From Lysobacterales bacterium (GTDB lineage: Bacteria; Pseudomonadota; Gammaproteobacteria; Xanthomonadales; Xanthomonadaceae): DNA of 64,000 bases. The stretch spans positions 108-64,107 of the forward strand of contig JBBQQH010000002.1 in NCBI GenBank assembly GCA_038216155.1, in the 5' to 3' direction. Position numbers and translations under genes: made by a program. Positions 9,957-19,780 of the stretch are shown here, piece by piece. Below the pieces are notes generated by a model. That model saw only the letters and a list, made by a program, of their open reading frames with translations. It did no database searches and was not told the DNA's origin. Position 1 is the first letter of the stretch; every line of letters starts with the position of its first letter.

Positions 9957-10757
9957 ATGCAGATCGCCATTCGCGGCAGCGGCACGCCGCTGATACTGCT
10001 GCATGGCTGGGGCATGCACTCCGGCGTGTTTGCAGCATTGGCCGATGTGCTGGCAGAGCAACACACGTTGTATCTGGTCGACCTGCCCGGTCACGGTCAT
10101 AGCCGAGACGAAACGACGCCGTTGGAAGCCAATGCTTGCGTGCAAGCGATCGTCGACAACACGCCACCTGCAGCGTGGCTGGGCTGGTCGCTAGGCGGCT
10201 TGCTGTCGTTGCATGCCGCGTTGCATCGAACGCAGTCGGTGCAGGCGTTGGTGATGTTGTGCGCGCTGCCGCGTTTCGTGCGGGCACCCGATTGGCCGCA
10301 TGGCATGGATGCAGACACGTTCACCACGTTCGGCAATGAACTGGCCCGCGATTATCGCGGCACGCTGGAGCGCTTCATCGCGCTGGAAACGCTGGGTTCG
10401 GAAGATGCCGCGGTCGAATTGCGTCTGTTGCGCGCGCAGGTATTCGCGCATGGCGACCCGGCGCCACGCGCATTGCAGCAGGGTTTGCGGCTGCTTGAAC
10501 AAACCGACTTGCGCGCTGATTTGCCCGCGTTGGCAGTGCCGAGTCTGTGGCTCGCCGGACGCCGAGATCGCTTGGCCGATTGGCGCGCGATGCAGGCCTC
10601 GGCCACGCTGGCGCCCAACGCAAGATTCCATCGCATCGAAGGCGCCGCGCATGCGCCTTTTCTGACCCACGTCGATGAAGTGTCTGCCCAGGTGCTCGCG
10701 TTTCTTGCAGACGTTGATGCCGATTCATTCGCCAACGCACCGGCTGCCGTCGCATGA
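9957..10757 (+). CDS. bioH: pimeloyl-ACP methyl ester esterase (alpha/beta hydrolase)
   Basis: The N-terminus reads LILLHGWGMH, the nucleophile elbow is GWSLGG, and the gene sits between bioF and bioC. The ATG is at 9957. Confidence 0.8.
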   Translation: MQIAIRGSGTPLILLHGWGMHSGVFAALADVLAEQHTLYLVDLPGHGHSRDETTPLEANACVQAIVDNTPPAAWLGWSLGGLLSLHAALHRTQSVQALVMLCALPRFVRAPDWPHGMDADTFTTFGNELARDYRGTLERFIALETLGSEDAAVELRLLRAQVFAHGDPAPRALQQGLRLLEQTDLRADLPALAVPSLWLAGRRDRLADWRAMQASATLAPNARFHRIEGAAHAPFLTHVDEVSAQVLAFLADVDADSFANAPAAVA

Positions 10758-11680
10758 GCGATCCCCGCGACCAGCCTGATGGCGCGCTCGACCGCCAGCG
10801 CATCCGTCGCTCGTTCGCGCGCGCAGCCGCCGGCTATGAAGCGGTCGCCGCGTTGCAGCGCGAAGTCGAGTCGCGACTGCTCGAACAATGCGATGCGCTG
10901 CGCGAAACGATTCCGCAGCGCATGCTCGACTTGGGTTGTGGTCCAGGTCGTGCAGGCACCGCACTGGGCACGCGCTGGCCGCGCGCCGATCTGCTGTCGA
11001 TCGACCTAGCACTACCGATGCTGCGACTGGCTGCGCATGCACAGTCGTGGTGGCAGCGTGCCGCCTCAGGTCTGCGCAGTCACGGCCTGCGCGCGCCGGT
11101 GTGCGCAGATGCTGCTGCGTTGCCACTGGTCGACGCCAGCCTTGACCTGATCTTCGCCAGCCTGTGCCTGCAGTGGGTGGTCGACTTACCACGCGCACTG
11201 ATCGGCATCAATCGGATATTGCGTCCCGGTGGATTGCTGCTGTTCGCGACCTTCGGCCCGGACACGCTGATCGAATTACGCGAAGCGTTTGCGCTAGCCG
11301 ATGCCGGCGATCCTGTGTTGCCTTTCGCGCCGATGCAGGCCGTGGGCAATGCCTTGCTGGCGGCGGGATTTCGCGATCCGGTGTTGCATCGCGAGCAGTT
11401 CACGCTGACCTATCCCGACCCGCGCGCGTTGATGCGCGAATTGCGCGCGCTCGGCGCGGGCAATGCGCGTAGCGATCGGTGCCACACGCTGACCGGGAAA
11501 GCGCGGATGCAACGCGTGTTCGATGCGCTGGAATCGATGCGCGTGGACGGCGTCGTGGCCAGCACTTGGGAAGTGATCTATGCACAAGCCTTTGCGCCGC
11601 CGCCGGGACAGCCTTTATTCGACGGCGAAGCCAGTGTCGCGCGGTTTCCGGCAGGATCCATTCCCGTTCGACGGCGCTAA
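10754..11680 (+). CDS. bioC: malonyl-ACP O-methyltransferase
   Basis: It has the SAM-binding motif LDLGCGPG, an ATGA overlap with bioH, and a position within the bio operon. Confidence 0.85.
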   Translation: MSDPRDQPDGALDRQRIRRSFARAAAGYEAVAALQREVESRLLEQCDALRETIPQRMLDLGCGPGRAGTALGTRWPRADLLSIDLALPMLRLAAHAQSWWQRAASGLRSHGLRAPVCADAAALPLVDASLDLIFASLCLQWVVDLPRALIGINRILRPGGLLLFATFGPDTLIELREAFALADAGDPVLPFAPMQAVGNALLAAGFRDPVLHREQFTLTYPDPRALMRELRALGAGNARSDRCHTLTGKARMQRVFDALESMRVDGVVASTWEVIYAQAFAPPPGQPLFDGEASVARFPAGSIPVRRR

Positions 11681-11720
11681 ATCTGGAACATTGCGGTCGC
11701 ACTCCACGACGCACAAGGAA

Positions 11721-12242
11721 TCAGCTGGCTTCGCGCTCTGAATTCATGTCGATCTCGCGCACGCCCTTGGCATCGCGGCGCGCCTCGACCAGCGCACGCA
11801 TGCGCTCCCACAACGGTTCCGGAGCATTCATGCCGACCAGCCGCACGATGGGAGTCGTGGCATCAGTGGTGCGCAGGGTGATGGTGCCGATGCCCAGGAT
11901 GCGCTGCATAAAGGGCTGGGTGAAATGCGAATCCTTGACCCGATACAACTCGATGTCGTCGGTCACCCGATTGAGCACGCCGCGGCGCGTTTTCAGCCGT
12001 TGATCGGTCAACGTGTATTGCAGACTGCGCGTCACCAGCCAGCGCCAGCCGGCGATCGCTGCGGGCAGCAACAGCGCGACCAGAAGCCACGTCGAGCCAG
12101 CATTGCCCAACGTGATCGCGCTGCCGATCAACGCGATCGCCACAAGCGCGCACAGGATGAAAATGCCGAGATTGCCCTTCTGCGACGGCGTACCCGTCCA
12201 CACTGGATTTTCGTTTGATGAATCCGGAATCGTCGCACTCAC
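11721..12242 (-). CDS. membrane protein with bacterial PH (bPH_2/YdbS-YdbT-like) domain
   Basis: Two TM helices are followed by LTDQRLKTRRGVLNRVTDDIELYRVKD...GIGTITL, as in bPH domains. I start it at the GTG at 12242, preceded by GAGGAGAG; this removes the overlap with the upstream gene. Confidence 0.65.
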   Translation of the reverse strand: MSATIPDSSNENPVWTGTPSQKGNLGIFILCALVAIALIGSAITLGNAGSTWLLVALLLPAAIAGWRWLVTRSLQYTLTDQRLKTRRGVLNRVTDDIELYRVKDSHFTQPFMQRILGIGTITLRTTDATTPIVRLVGMNAPEPLWERMRALVEARRDAKGVREIDMNSEREAS

Positions 12243-12261
12243 ATCACTCTCCTCTCGAATA

Positions 12262-13170
12262 TCACAGTGAGTTGCCAACGACTGCCGTGGTCAGGCGGAA
12301 GGGCGTGCTAGCCATCGCGATCTCACCACTGACGACATCGTTCACGCCGACGATCTGCGCGTTCGAATCAGGCTGCAGCCACGGCGCCGCGCGCTTGACG
12401 GTGCGCGTTTCCTGCCGCCACCCCTTGCGCTGAAATGGCGGTGTCTTGGCGGTGGAGAATTCGATCGGAATCGTCGCGGTCATAGCCTTCGCATACGCCC
12501 GTGGATCACTCGCCTGTAAACGCGCAAGAACATCGGGATTCGTGCTGATTTGGAAGCGCCAGTCTTTGACTGACTTCAGCGATGCCGTTTCGAAATCACC
12601 CATTGTTTTCAGCACAAGGCTGCGCATGCCTTTTGTATGCAATAAACCCGTTTGCGCGATTGCTGCCTGCTGCACCTTTCCATCAGGACCGACCTGCACC
12701 TGCACCGCCACCCGAGCTTCAACTCCAGCCTGCAGTTCTGATTCCGGATAGACAGGAGCATTCATCTTGTCTTGGATCAGGGCCATCGTCTGCATGTTAT
12801 CCAGAACCGAGCCAGCCTGCTGAGGAAAGGTAACCGCTTCAATCGACACCCTCAGCGCCTCGCCGCTGCCAGTTGCGCCGAGCGTCACATGCATCAAAGT
12901 CTTTGCCGTGACCGGTTTGTCGTCGATCACGATCGGATCAAACCGCCATGCGTGCACTTGCCGTTGCAGGCTGTCGGCGAGGACTTTCGGCAGTTCTGTC
13001 TTCACCGCGTAATCGGTCGGAACGCCGTTCGGATCGATCGTCAAATCGCCATCAACGCGCAGCGTCAACGCCTGTTCGAGTTCGATCGGAGGCGCCTCGG
13101 TCGCGGCAGTTGCCGACAACGAAGCACAGGCGAGTAGGCAAATAATGAGCGGTGAAATCCGGCGTTTCAT
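12262..13170 (-). CDS. secreted protein with TonB-C-terminal-like domain(s)
   Basis: It has the signal peptide MKRRISPLIICLLACASLSATA. The segment APVYPESELQAGVEARVAVQVQVGPDGKV...KDWRF resembles the TonB_C fold motif. Function is unknown. Confidence 0.55.
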   Translation of the reverse strand: MKRRISPLIICLLACASLSATAATEAPPIELEQALTLRVDGDLTIDPNGVPTDYAVKTELPKVLADSLQRQVHAWRFDPIVIDDKPVTAKTLMHVTLGATGSGEALRVSIEAVTFPQQAGSVLDNMQTMALIQDKMNAPVYPESELQAGVEARVAVQVQVGPDGKVQQAAIAQTGLLHTKGMRSLVLKTMGDFETASLKSVKDWRFQISTNPDVLARLQASDPRAYAKAMTATIPIEFSTAKTPPFQRKGWRQETRTVKRAAPWLQPDSNAQIVGVNDVVSGEIAMASTPFRLTTAVVGNSL

Positions 13171-13230
13171 ACGACGTTCCGAGAGGCAATTGCAGCAAGT
13201 CTAGCAGTGCGATTGCCCGCCCAGCTCGGA

Positions 13231-14238
13231 TCAGGCCAGCTCGCGATTGCCGCCGCTGAGCACGATGCCAACGCGCTGGCCTTCGAAGCGGTCCCGATGG
13301 CGCAGCAGCACCGCGAAGGCGACCGCCGCCGAAGGTTCGACCACGATCTTCAGGCGCTGGCCGAGTAGCTGCATCGCGGCGACGATCTCGTCCTCGTCGG
13401 CAAGCGCAATGCCATCGACATCCGTACGCAAAATCGCAAATGTGATCGGCGCCAGATGCCCGCGCAGTCCATCGCAGATGGTGTGTGGGATGGCGTCGTC
13501 GATCAATCGACCCGCATTAAGCGAATCGTGTGCATCCGATGCCATTGCTGGCTCCGCGCCCCAAATCGTGCAGCCGCTTGCAACCGCGCGCGTCGTGATC
13601 GCACTGCCCGACAGCAGTCCGCCGCCGCCAACCGGCGCGATCAATGCACTGAGTCCGTCGCATTGCTGATGAAATTCGAGTGCGGCGGTGCCTTGTCCGG
13701 CGATCACCAGCGGATCGGCGAAAGGATGCACCAGTCGCGCGCCGGTTGCGGCTTGCAGGCGCGCGCATTCGGCCTCGCGTGCGGCCATGGTCGGCGCGCA
13801 GCGATGCAATTGCGCGCCAAAGGCTTGAATCGCCACCAGCTTCGATTCCACCGCGCCTTCGGGCACCACCACGTGCGCCGGGATGCCGCGCAGGCGCGCA
13901 GCCAGCGCCAGTGCCGCGCCGTGGTTGCCTGAGGAATGCGTAACCACGCCGCGTGTCGCATCCGCATCATCGAGCGCAAACACCGCATTGCACGCGCCGC
14001 GAAACTTGAACGCGCCGGTGCGCTGAAAATTCTCGCATTTGAACGCAATCGTGCAGCCGGCCAGCGCGTCCAGTGAGCTCGATCGCAACACCGGCGTGAC
14101 CTGCGCGTAAGGCGCGATGCGAGCGGCGGCCGAGAGCACGTCGTCGATCGTCGGTATCACCGGAGCGGTCGGATTCGCGAGCCGAATTCCGCCTGGGTGC
14201 GCAGTGCGTTGCAGTTCGATCGCAGTCATGCGCGCCAT
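13231..14238 (-). CDS. PLP-dependent serine/threonine dehydratase family enzyme (serine racemase/threo-hydroxyaspartate dehydratase-like)
   Basis: It has the PLP-lysine motif FKCENFQRTGAFKFRGA, HSSGNHG, and a glycine-rich loop GGGGLLSG. Confidence 0.85.
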   Translation of the reverse strand: MARMTAIELQRTAHPGGIRLANPTAPVIPTIDDVLSAAARIAPYAQVTPVLRSSSLDALAGCTIAFKCENFQRTGAFKFRGACNAVFALDDADATRGVVTHSSGNHGAALALAARLRGIPAHVVVPEGAVESKLVAIQAFGAQLHRCAPTMAAREAECARLQAATGARLVHPFADPLVIAGQGTAALEFHQQCDGLSALIAPVGGGGLLSGSAITTRAVASGCTIWGAEPAMASDAHDSLNAGRLIDDAIPHTICDGLRGHLAPITFAILRTDVDGIALADEDEIVAAMQLLGQRLKIVVEPSAAVAFAVLLRHRDRFEGQRVGIVLSGGNRELA

Positions 14239-14282
14239 GCTAGCCTGCGCGTCGCCTCGTCTCCACAGCCATTGTCCCGCCC

Positions 14283-16934
14283 ATGACTGATTTGTCCGCG
14301 CGCCAAGCGACTGCGCCGCGCATCGCGCTGTCCGATTATCGCCCCCCGGCGTGGCGCATTCGCCATGTCGAGCTGGAGTTCGACCTCGATTTTGCAGTGA
14401 CGCAGGTCACCGCGAAACTGCACCTGCAGCCGAACGTGGGCATAGATTCCGGGCCGGCAGAAGAGTCGCTGCAACTCGATGGCGTCGATCTGGAGTTGCT
14501 CGAGATCGCCTTGGATGATGTGGCGCTGACGTCGGCGCAATACCAGCACGACAGCAACGGCTTGCGCATCGAGCTGCCGGCGCGCGAGTGCGTTTTGCGC
14601 ACGACGGTACGGATCGTGCCCGAGGGCAATACGCGGCTGGAAGGCCTGTTTCGTAGCGGCGATGCGTTGTTCACCCAGTGTGAGCCGGAAGGTTTCCGTC
14701 GCATCACCTTCTTTATTGATCGGCCGGACGTGATGCCAACCTGGCAGGTTGTGCTGCGCGCGGATCGTGGCAAATTTCCGGTGCTGCTGGGCAACGGCAA
14801 TCCGGTCTCGCAGCGCGCGCTGGACGACGACAGGCATGAAGCCGTCTGGCACAACCCGCATCCGACGCCGAGTTACCTGTTTGCGCTGGTGGCTGGCGAT
14901 CTTGCGTGCGTTGGCCGCGGCATCGTCACTGCCGAGGATCGCAGCATGCGTCTGCAGGCATGGACGAGCGCGGGTGATGTCGCAGGGTGCCAGTTTGCGT
15001 TGGGTGCGATCGAACGCGCATTGCGCTGGGACGAGCAACGCTTTGGTCGCTGCTACGACCTCGACGTGTTCAACATTGTTGCCGCCCAGGATTTCACCAT
15101 GGGCGCGATGGAAAACAAGGGTCTGAACATCTTCAACGCGCGCTACATCCTGGCCGACGAGCAGACCGCAACCGACGCCGATTACCTCGGTATCGAGTCG
15201 GTGATCGGGCACGAATATTTTCATAACTGGTCGGGCAACCGGGTGACCCTGCGCGACTGGTTTCAGCTTGCGCTGAAGGAAGGGCTGACCGTGTTCCGCG
15301 ATCAGGAATTCGTCTCCGACCTGCATTCGCGGCAGGTCAAGCGGATCGAGGATGTGCGCTTGCTGCGCTCACGCCAGTTTGCCGAGGACGCCGGCGCGCT
15401 AGCGCATCCGGTGCGACCACCGGAATACCGCGAGATCAACAATTTCTACACGCTGACGGTGTACGAGAAGGGCGCAGAAATCGTGCGCATGCTGCACACG
15501 TTGCTGGGCGAGCGCGTGTTCCGGCGCGGCATGGATCGCTATTTCGCCGACAACGACGGGCGAGCGGCGACGATCGAGGATTTTCTCGCCGCGCATGCGC
15601 AAGCGTCGATGCGCGATCTCGGTCAGTTCATGCGTTGGTACACGCAGTCGGGCACGCCGATGGTGGAAATCCAGTCGCATTTCGACAAGGCCGCAAGCTG
15701 CTATACCCTGGACATTCGCCAACGCACGCCGCCGACCGCCGCGCAGCCGGAACCGCAGCCTCTGCATATCCCGCTTCGATATGCGCTGCATGCCGCGGAC
15801 GGCAGTGCGATTGATGCGCGCGCCAGCGGTGACGCGCATGTGCGCGATGGCTTGATCGAGTTGAACCAGGCGCGCCACCAAGTGGTGTTTGCAGGCGTCG
15901 ATGCCGAGCCACTGGCCAGCTTCAATCATGGCTTCAGCGCGCCGGTGCGAATCGTGCTTGGCTATGTGCCGGAACAACTGGCACGACTGGCGCGGATCGA
16001 AACCGATCCATTCCTGCGCTGGGATTTTTTGCAGCAACTGGCGCTGGGCGTCATGTTGCGTCGCTTTGACGCGGTGGAAGCTGCGCAGCAGGCGCTGGCC
16101 GACGCGTTGGGCGATCTGTTGGCTGATGACGACAACGATCCGGCGTTTGTCGCCGAATGCATGCAACTGCCTGACTTCGACACGTTGCTCGACCAGTTTT
16201 CCGACAGCGATGGTCCAATTGATATCGATGCCTTGCTGGCGCGCCGCGAGGCGTTGCTGAAGATGCTGGCCACTTGCAACCAAGGTCGGCTCCAGCATCG
16301 CTTCGAAGCGCTGGCCGAAACGGCGGCGCGCGGTCTGCAAGCCGCCGCGATTTCCGCGCGCCAGTTGCGCAATGCCTGCCTGACTTGGCTGACGCGGATC
16401 GATCCGCAGGCCGAGCTGGCAGCGCGACAATTCGATACCGCCACCAGCATGACCGATCGGCTGGCCGCGTTGCGCTGTCTCGTGCATACCGACGCACCCG
16501 CCGCGCGCAGCGCGCTGGAGACGTTCCGCACCCAACATCGCAGCAATCCGCTGGTCACCGACAAGTGGATTGCGGTTGTCGCCACGCGTCCGCATGTCGA
16601 TGCGCTGGATGACGTGCATGAACTGTTGTCTTCCAGCGAGTGGTGGCTGCCGACCAATCCGAATCGCGTTCGCGCGGTGCTCGGCAGTTTTTCGCGCGCC
16701 AATCCAACCGCATTCCATCGCGCCGATGGGTCCGGCTATCGACTGCTGGTTGAACAATTACCGGCGCTGGATACGATCAATCCGCAGGTCGCGGCGCGGC
16801 TGCTCAGTGGTTTCGAAAGTTGGCGGCGTTGGGCCGGCATGCGCGGCGAGCAGGCAGCGCTGGCGCTGCGTTCGCTGCACGGCAAGCTGACTTCGCGCGA
16901 CAGCAACGATTTGCTGTCGCGTCTATTGGACTAA
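14283..16934 (+). CDS. pepN: aminopeptidase N (M1 family)
   Basis: It has the GAMEN exopeptidase motif and HEYFHNWSGN...x18...E zinc-binding motif, and is 883 aa long. Confidence 0.95.
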   Translation: MTDLSARQATAPRIALSDYRPPAWRIRHVELEFDLDFAVTQVTAKLHLQPNVGIDSGPAEESLQLDGVDLELLEIALDDVALTSAQYQHDSNGLRIELPARECVLRTTVRIVPEGNTRLEGLFRSGDALFTQCEPEGFRRITFFIDRPDVMPTWQVVLRADRGKFPVLLGNGNPVSQRALDDDRHEAVWHNPHPTPSYLFALVAGDLACVGRGIVTAEDRSMRLQAWTSAGDVAGCQFALGAIERALRWDEQRFGRCYDLDVFNIVAAQDFTMGAMENKGLNIFNARYILADEQTATDADYLGIESVIGHEYFHNWSGNRVTLRDWFQLALKEGLTVFRDQEFVSDLHSRQVKRIEDVRLLRSRQFAEDAGALAHPVRPPEYREINNFYTLTVYEKGAEIVRMLHTLLGERVFRRGMDRYFADNDGRAATIEDFLAAHAQASMRDLGQFMRWYTQSGTPMVEIQSHFDKAASCYTLDIRQRTPPTAAQPEPQPLHIPLRYALHAADGSAIDARASGDAHVRDGLIELNQARHQVVFAGVDAEPLASFNHGFSAPVRIVLGYVPEQLARLARIETDPFLRWDFLQQLALGVMLRRFDAVEAAQQALADALGDLLADDDNDPAFVAECMQLPDFDTLLDQFSDSDGPIDIDALLARREALLKMLATCNQGRLQHRFEALAETAARGLQAAAISARQLRNACLTWLTRIDPQAELAARQFDTATSMTDRLAALRCLVHTDAPAARSALETFRTQHRSNPLVTDKWIAVVATRPHVDALDDVHELLSSSEWWLPTNPNRVRAVLGSFSRANPTAFHRADGSGYRLLVEQLPALDTINPQVAARLLSGFESWRRWAGMRGEQAALALRSLHGKLTSRDSNDLLSRLLD

Positions 16935-16979
16935 TGTTGGGACGCAAGCCGGATGCGGCGTTCGTTCAGCGAGTGCTGA

Positions 16980-18038
16980 TCAGGTGCGGCGGCGGCGTCC
17001 GGCCAGGCTGACCGTCATCGAACCCAGCACAGCCAGCACCGCACCGATATAACCGATGGTCCCGATATGCTCGATCGCGATCGCAGACGGCCACAACGTG
17101 TGTACCAGCGCGATCGCGCCGATGCACAGCAGCGGAGTGAGCGCCAGCACGGCGGACACGCGTGACGCTTCCCAGTGCACCAGTGCTTCGGCGAATGCGC
17201 CGTACGCGCCCAGCGTGTTGAGCGCGCAATAGATCAGCACCAGCCAGTGCACGCCATCGAGCGCCAGCAACGCCTGCGGATGCGCAAACGGCAGCAGCAA
17301 GCCGCTCGCCACAGCGTAGATGAAAACCAGCACCACGTTCGAACGCAGCCGACTCAACAATTGCTTTTGCGCAAGCGCATACACCGCCCAAACCAGGGCG
17401 GCGAGCACGATGAAAGCGGTGCCGAGCAGATAGTGGCTACCGCCGTGCGCGGCCTGCAGCAATTGGTCGCGAAAAAATACGGCGAGGCCGGTCATGATCA
17501 ACGCAAGCCCGAGCCACTGCCATACCGCGAAACGCTCGCGGAAAATCACGATCCCTCCCACCGCCATGCACAGCGGCGCCAGCTGAATGATCAACTGCGC
17601 ATTGCCCGGCGTGGTGTATTGCACGCCCAGCAGATAGAACACGAAGTTGCCGGTCAGCATCAACGCCGCCAGCACCAGCAGTTGCCAGGCCGAGCGCGGC
17701 AAACCCTTCAACGCACCCAGCTCGCCGCGTAGCAATAGCCAGCCGCCCAGCAACACCGTTGCCACCAGAAAACGAAACCAGGTCAGGGTGAAGGCATCGA
17801 GCTGGTTGAGGCTGAACTTCAACGCCATTGGCAAGGTGGCCCAGAAGCCTGCGGTCGCCAGCGCCAGCATCAAGCCGCGACGCCACTGACCTGAGGCCTG
17901 GTGGCGCGATGATGGCGGAGCCGGTGGGTGTTCGCGCGAGACGGGGAGGTCGGCGACCACAGCTTCGGTCATCGCGGTGTCGACCACGGCTTCCATCGCC
18001 TCGGCGCTGGGGGCGTTGGGTAGATTGGATCGATGCAT
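16980..18038 (-). CDS. EamA/DMT superfamily transporter
   Basis: It has about 10 TM helices in two EamA-like halves. The N-terminal roughly 50 aa are non-hydrophobic, so the start is uncertain. Confidence 0.75.
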   Translation of the reverse strand: MHRSNLPNAPSAEAMEAVVDTAMTEAVVADLPVSREHPPAPPSSRHQASGQWRRGLMLALATAGFWATLPMALKFSLNQLDAFTLTWFRFLVATVLLGGWLLLRGELGALKGLPRSAWQLLVLAALMLTGNFVFYLLGVQYTTPGNAQLIIQLAPLCMAVGGIVIFRERFAVWQWLGLALIMTGLAVFFRDQLLQAAHGGSHYLLGTAFIVLAALVWAVYALAQKQLLSRLRSNVVLVFIYAVASGLLLPFAHPQALLALDGVHWLVLIYCALNTLGAYGAFAEALVHWEASRVSAVLALTPLLCIGAIALVHTLWPSAIAIEHIGTIGYIGAVLAVLGSMTVSLAGRRRRT

Positions 18039-18181
18039 CGTCTATCCAGCGAAGACCGGGCGCGCACAGTAGCATTCGTTCAACTGTCACGATGGCGTCG
18101 TCGCCTGAACACGCGCACAAAAAGTTAAGGACGGATTCACTGCCTGAGGCGAACACTGGCCTGACTTCGCAGGGGACCCGC

Positions 18182-19330
18182 ATGATCCGTCGACTCGCCA
18201 TTCCCGCCGCACTCGCGCTGCTGCTCGGCGCCTGCACCACCTACGACTCGCCTTATTACGCTGGCCAGCGTGATGCCGGCTACTACAGCGATGATGGTTA
18301 TCGCGGCGACGGCTACGACAATGGAAATGCCGGCGCCTACTACGGCGACGACGGTTATGCCGACGGCAGCGACGGCTACTATGCCGGCGACTACGGTCGC
18401 AGCTACGCCGGCGGCGACTATTACTTTGGCAATCAGGCGTCGCCTTACAACGACTATGGGTACGGCTATCAGCCCTATGGCCTGTACTTCGGGTTCGGCT
18501 ATTCCAGTGGCTATTACTCTGGCAACTGGCTCGGCCTCAACTACGGGCCGGGTTTGTACGGCTATTCGCCGTGGTACGGCGGCTACGGATATGGCTACCC
18601 CTATTATCCGTATTACGGTTATTGGCATCACCACCATGACCATGACCACCACGATCACGATCCCGGACATCATGGCGGCGACCACGACAACGATCACGAT
18701 GGTCCCGGCCCGACCGCCGGCAATCCGCCAAGTCCCCGTCGCGAGCCGGGTTTCCCGATCAATGGCTCGCCGTACGTACGCCACTTGCCGGAACCTGCCG
18801 GCGATCCGATGCCGCCCAACCACCGCCGCCATCCGCCTTCGCCGGAACCGCCCGTGCCGTTTGCCGCACCCGACGCGCCGAATGCGCGCACGCAGCTGCC
18901 GCGCGATGCCTATGAGCAACCCGAACCGCGGATGCGGCGCGCGCCGCCTCCGATGCAACGCAACGATCGCAATGGTCCGCCGGTCGGGAGTGATTTCATC
19001 CGTCGCAACGACGAGCCGGGCGGCTACGTTCGGCCAGAGCGTCCACGCCCGGATCGCGGCGGCTTTAATCAAGCGGACCCCGATGGAGCTGACTCAAATC
19101 GGGCTGACTTTAATCGGGCTGACTTCAGTCGCAGGACAGTCGTGCGTCCCGATCCGGGCCGGTCTCCGCCACCGATGCAATCGCGACCCTTGCCGCAAAA
19201 CACGCCGCAGCCATTCGTGCAGCGACCACCGCCGCGTCAGCAAGAACGCCGCGAAGTGCGCCGCCCCGAACCGCTACCGCGCGATGACAACGATGCGCGT
19301 CGCAATGGTCGCGACAGCGACGAGCAATAG
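18182..19330 (+). CDS. low-complexity lipoprotein (Tyr/Gly/Asp-rich, His-rich, Pro/Arg-rich)
   Basis: The ATG at 18182 gives MIRRLAIPAALALLLGAC, a lipobox. The Y/G/D-rich region shows strong third-position GC bias consistent with coding. The track ORF's upstream 118 codons overlap the EamA gene antisense and are rejected. Confidence 0.7.
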   Translation: MIRRLAIPAALALLLGACTTYDSPYYAGQRDAGYYSDDGYRGDGYDNGNAGAYYGDDGYADGSDGYYAGDYGRSYAGGDYYFGNQASPYNDYGYGYQPYGLYFGFGYSSGYYSGNWLGLNYGPGLYGYSPWYGGYGYGYPYYPYYGYWHHHHDHDHHDHDPGHHGGDHDNDHDGPGPTAGNPPSPRREPGFPINGSPYVRHLPEPAGDPMPPNHRRHPPSPEPPVPFAAPDAPNARTQLPRDAYEQPEPRMRRAPPPMQRNDRNGPPVGSDFIRRNDEPGGYVRPERPRPDRGGFNQADPDGADSNRADFNRADFSRRTVVRPDPGRSPPPMQSRPLPQNTPQPFVQRPPPRQQERREVRRPEPLPRDDNDARRNGRDSDEQ

Positions 19331-19653
19331 GCGCCGCTGACGAGAATTGAGAACACGGTCACGGATCCGCTGCTCACTCGCCAGCAAGCTGTTGCTGGTT
19401 GTTGCGAATGTATGTCACAGCCAATGCAAATGAATTGACTGACTGTTCGCGTCGTATTTCGACGTGATGCGACTACGGCGTTCAGCGCCGCTGTATGTCC
19501 GACGCCCGGCACCCGGTATCAAGGATCCCCCCTGTTCCTGAAGACCCGCCGGGCGTCGGCTTTCCTGCCGCAAGGCCACGCGGTTTAGCGGGTATCCATA
19601 ACGGATCGCGCAATGGTTAGGCTGCGCATCCGCTGATCGACCATTGTTCGCCG

Positions 19654-19695
19654 ACACAAAAATGCGGCCGGGAGCCTCCCCCGAGACTCCCGGCC
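19654..19695 (-). terminator. putative intrinsic terminator (minus strand)
   Basis: A 9-bp GC stem ggccgggag / ctcccggcc (19666-19674 and 19687-19695) closes a 12-nt loop. On the minus strand it is followed by gcaTTTTTgtg. Confidence 0.45.
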
Positions 19696-19780
19696 GTGCT
19701 CCTGCGATGTCAAAGGCTGTCCCTGTTCCCAACGCCAGCCAGTGCCAAAGCACCACACAGCGCAGATGCACACGGATAAA

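Noticed and set aside
14226-16757. 366-aa and 452-aa minus-strand ORFs (14226..15326, 15399..16757)
   Set aside because: They are antisense to pepN, which has GAMEN and HExxH motifs. They are shadow ORFs.
17828-18181. N-terminal 118 codons of the 500-aa track ORF 17828..19330; similar 5' extensions occur in other track ORFs (7321 bioB, 8681 bioF, 9885 bioH, 22190 estA-like, 35205 GATase, 40589 hydrolase, 55787 Sel1-like, 62159 desaturase)
   Set aside because: The extensions overlap neighbouring genes and lack coding features. Internal starts give canonical N-termini, signal peptides or lipoboxes, and operon-style junctions (ATGA overlaps or 1-2 nt gaps).
18270-19340. 356-aa alternative plus-strand frame and 311-aa minus-strand frame (18137..19072) over the low-complexity lipoprotein gene
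   Set aside because: Repetitive GC-rich DNA keeps several frames open. Only the 18182 frame has a lipoprotein signal peptide and a proper start context.
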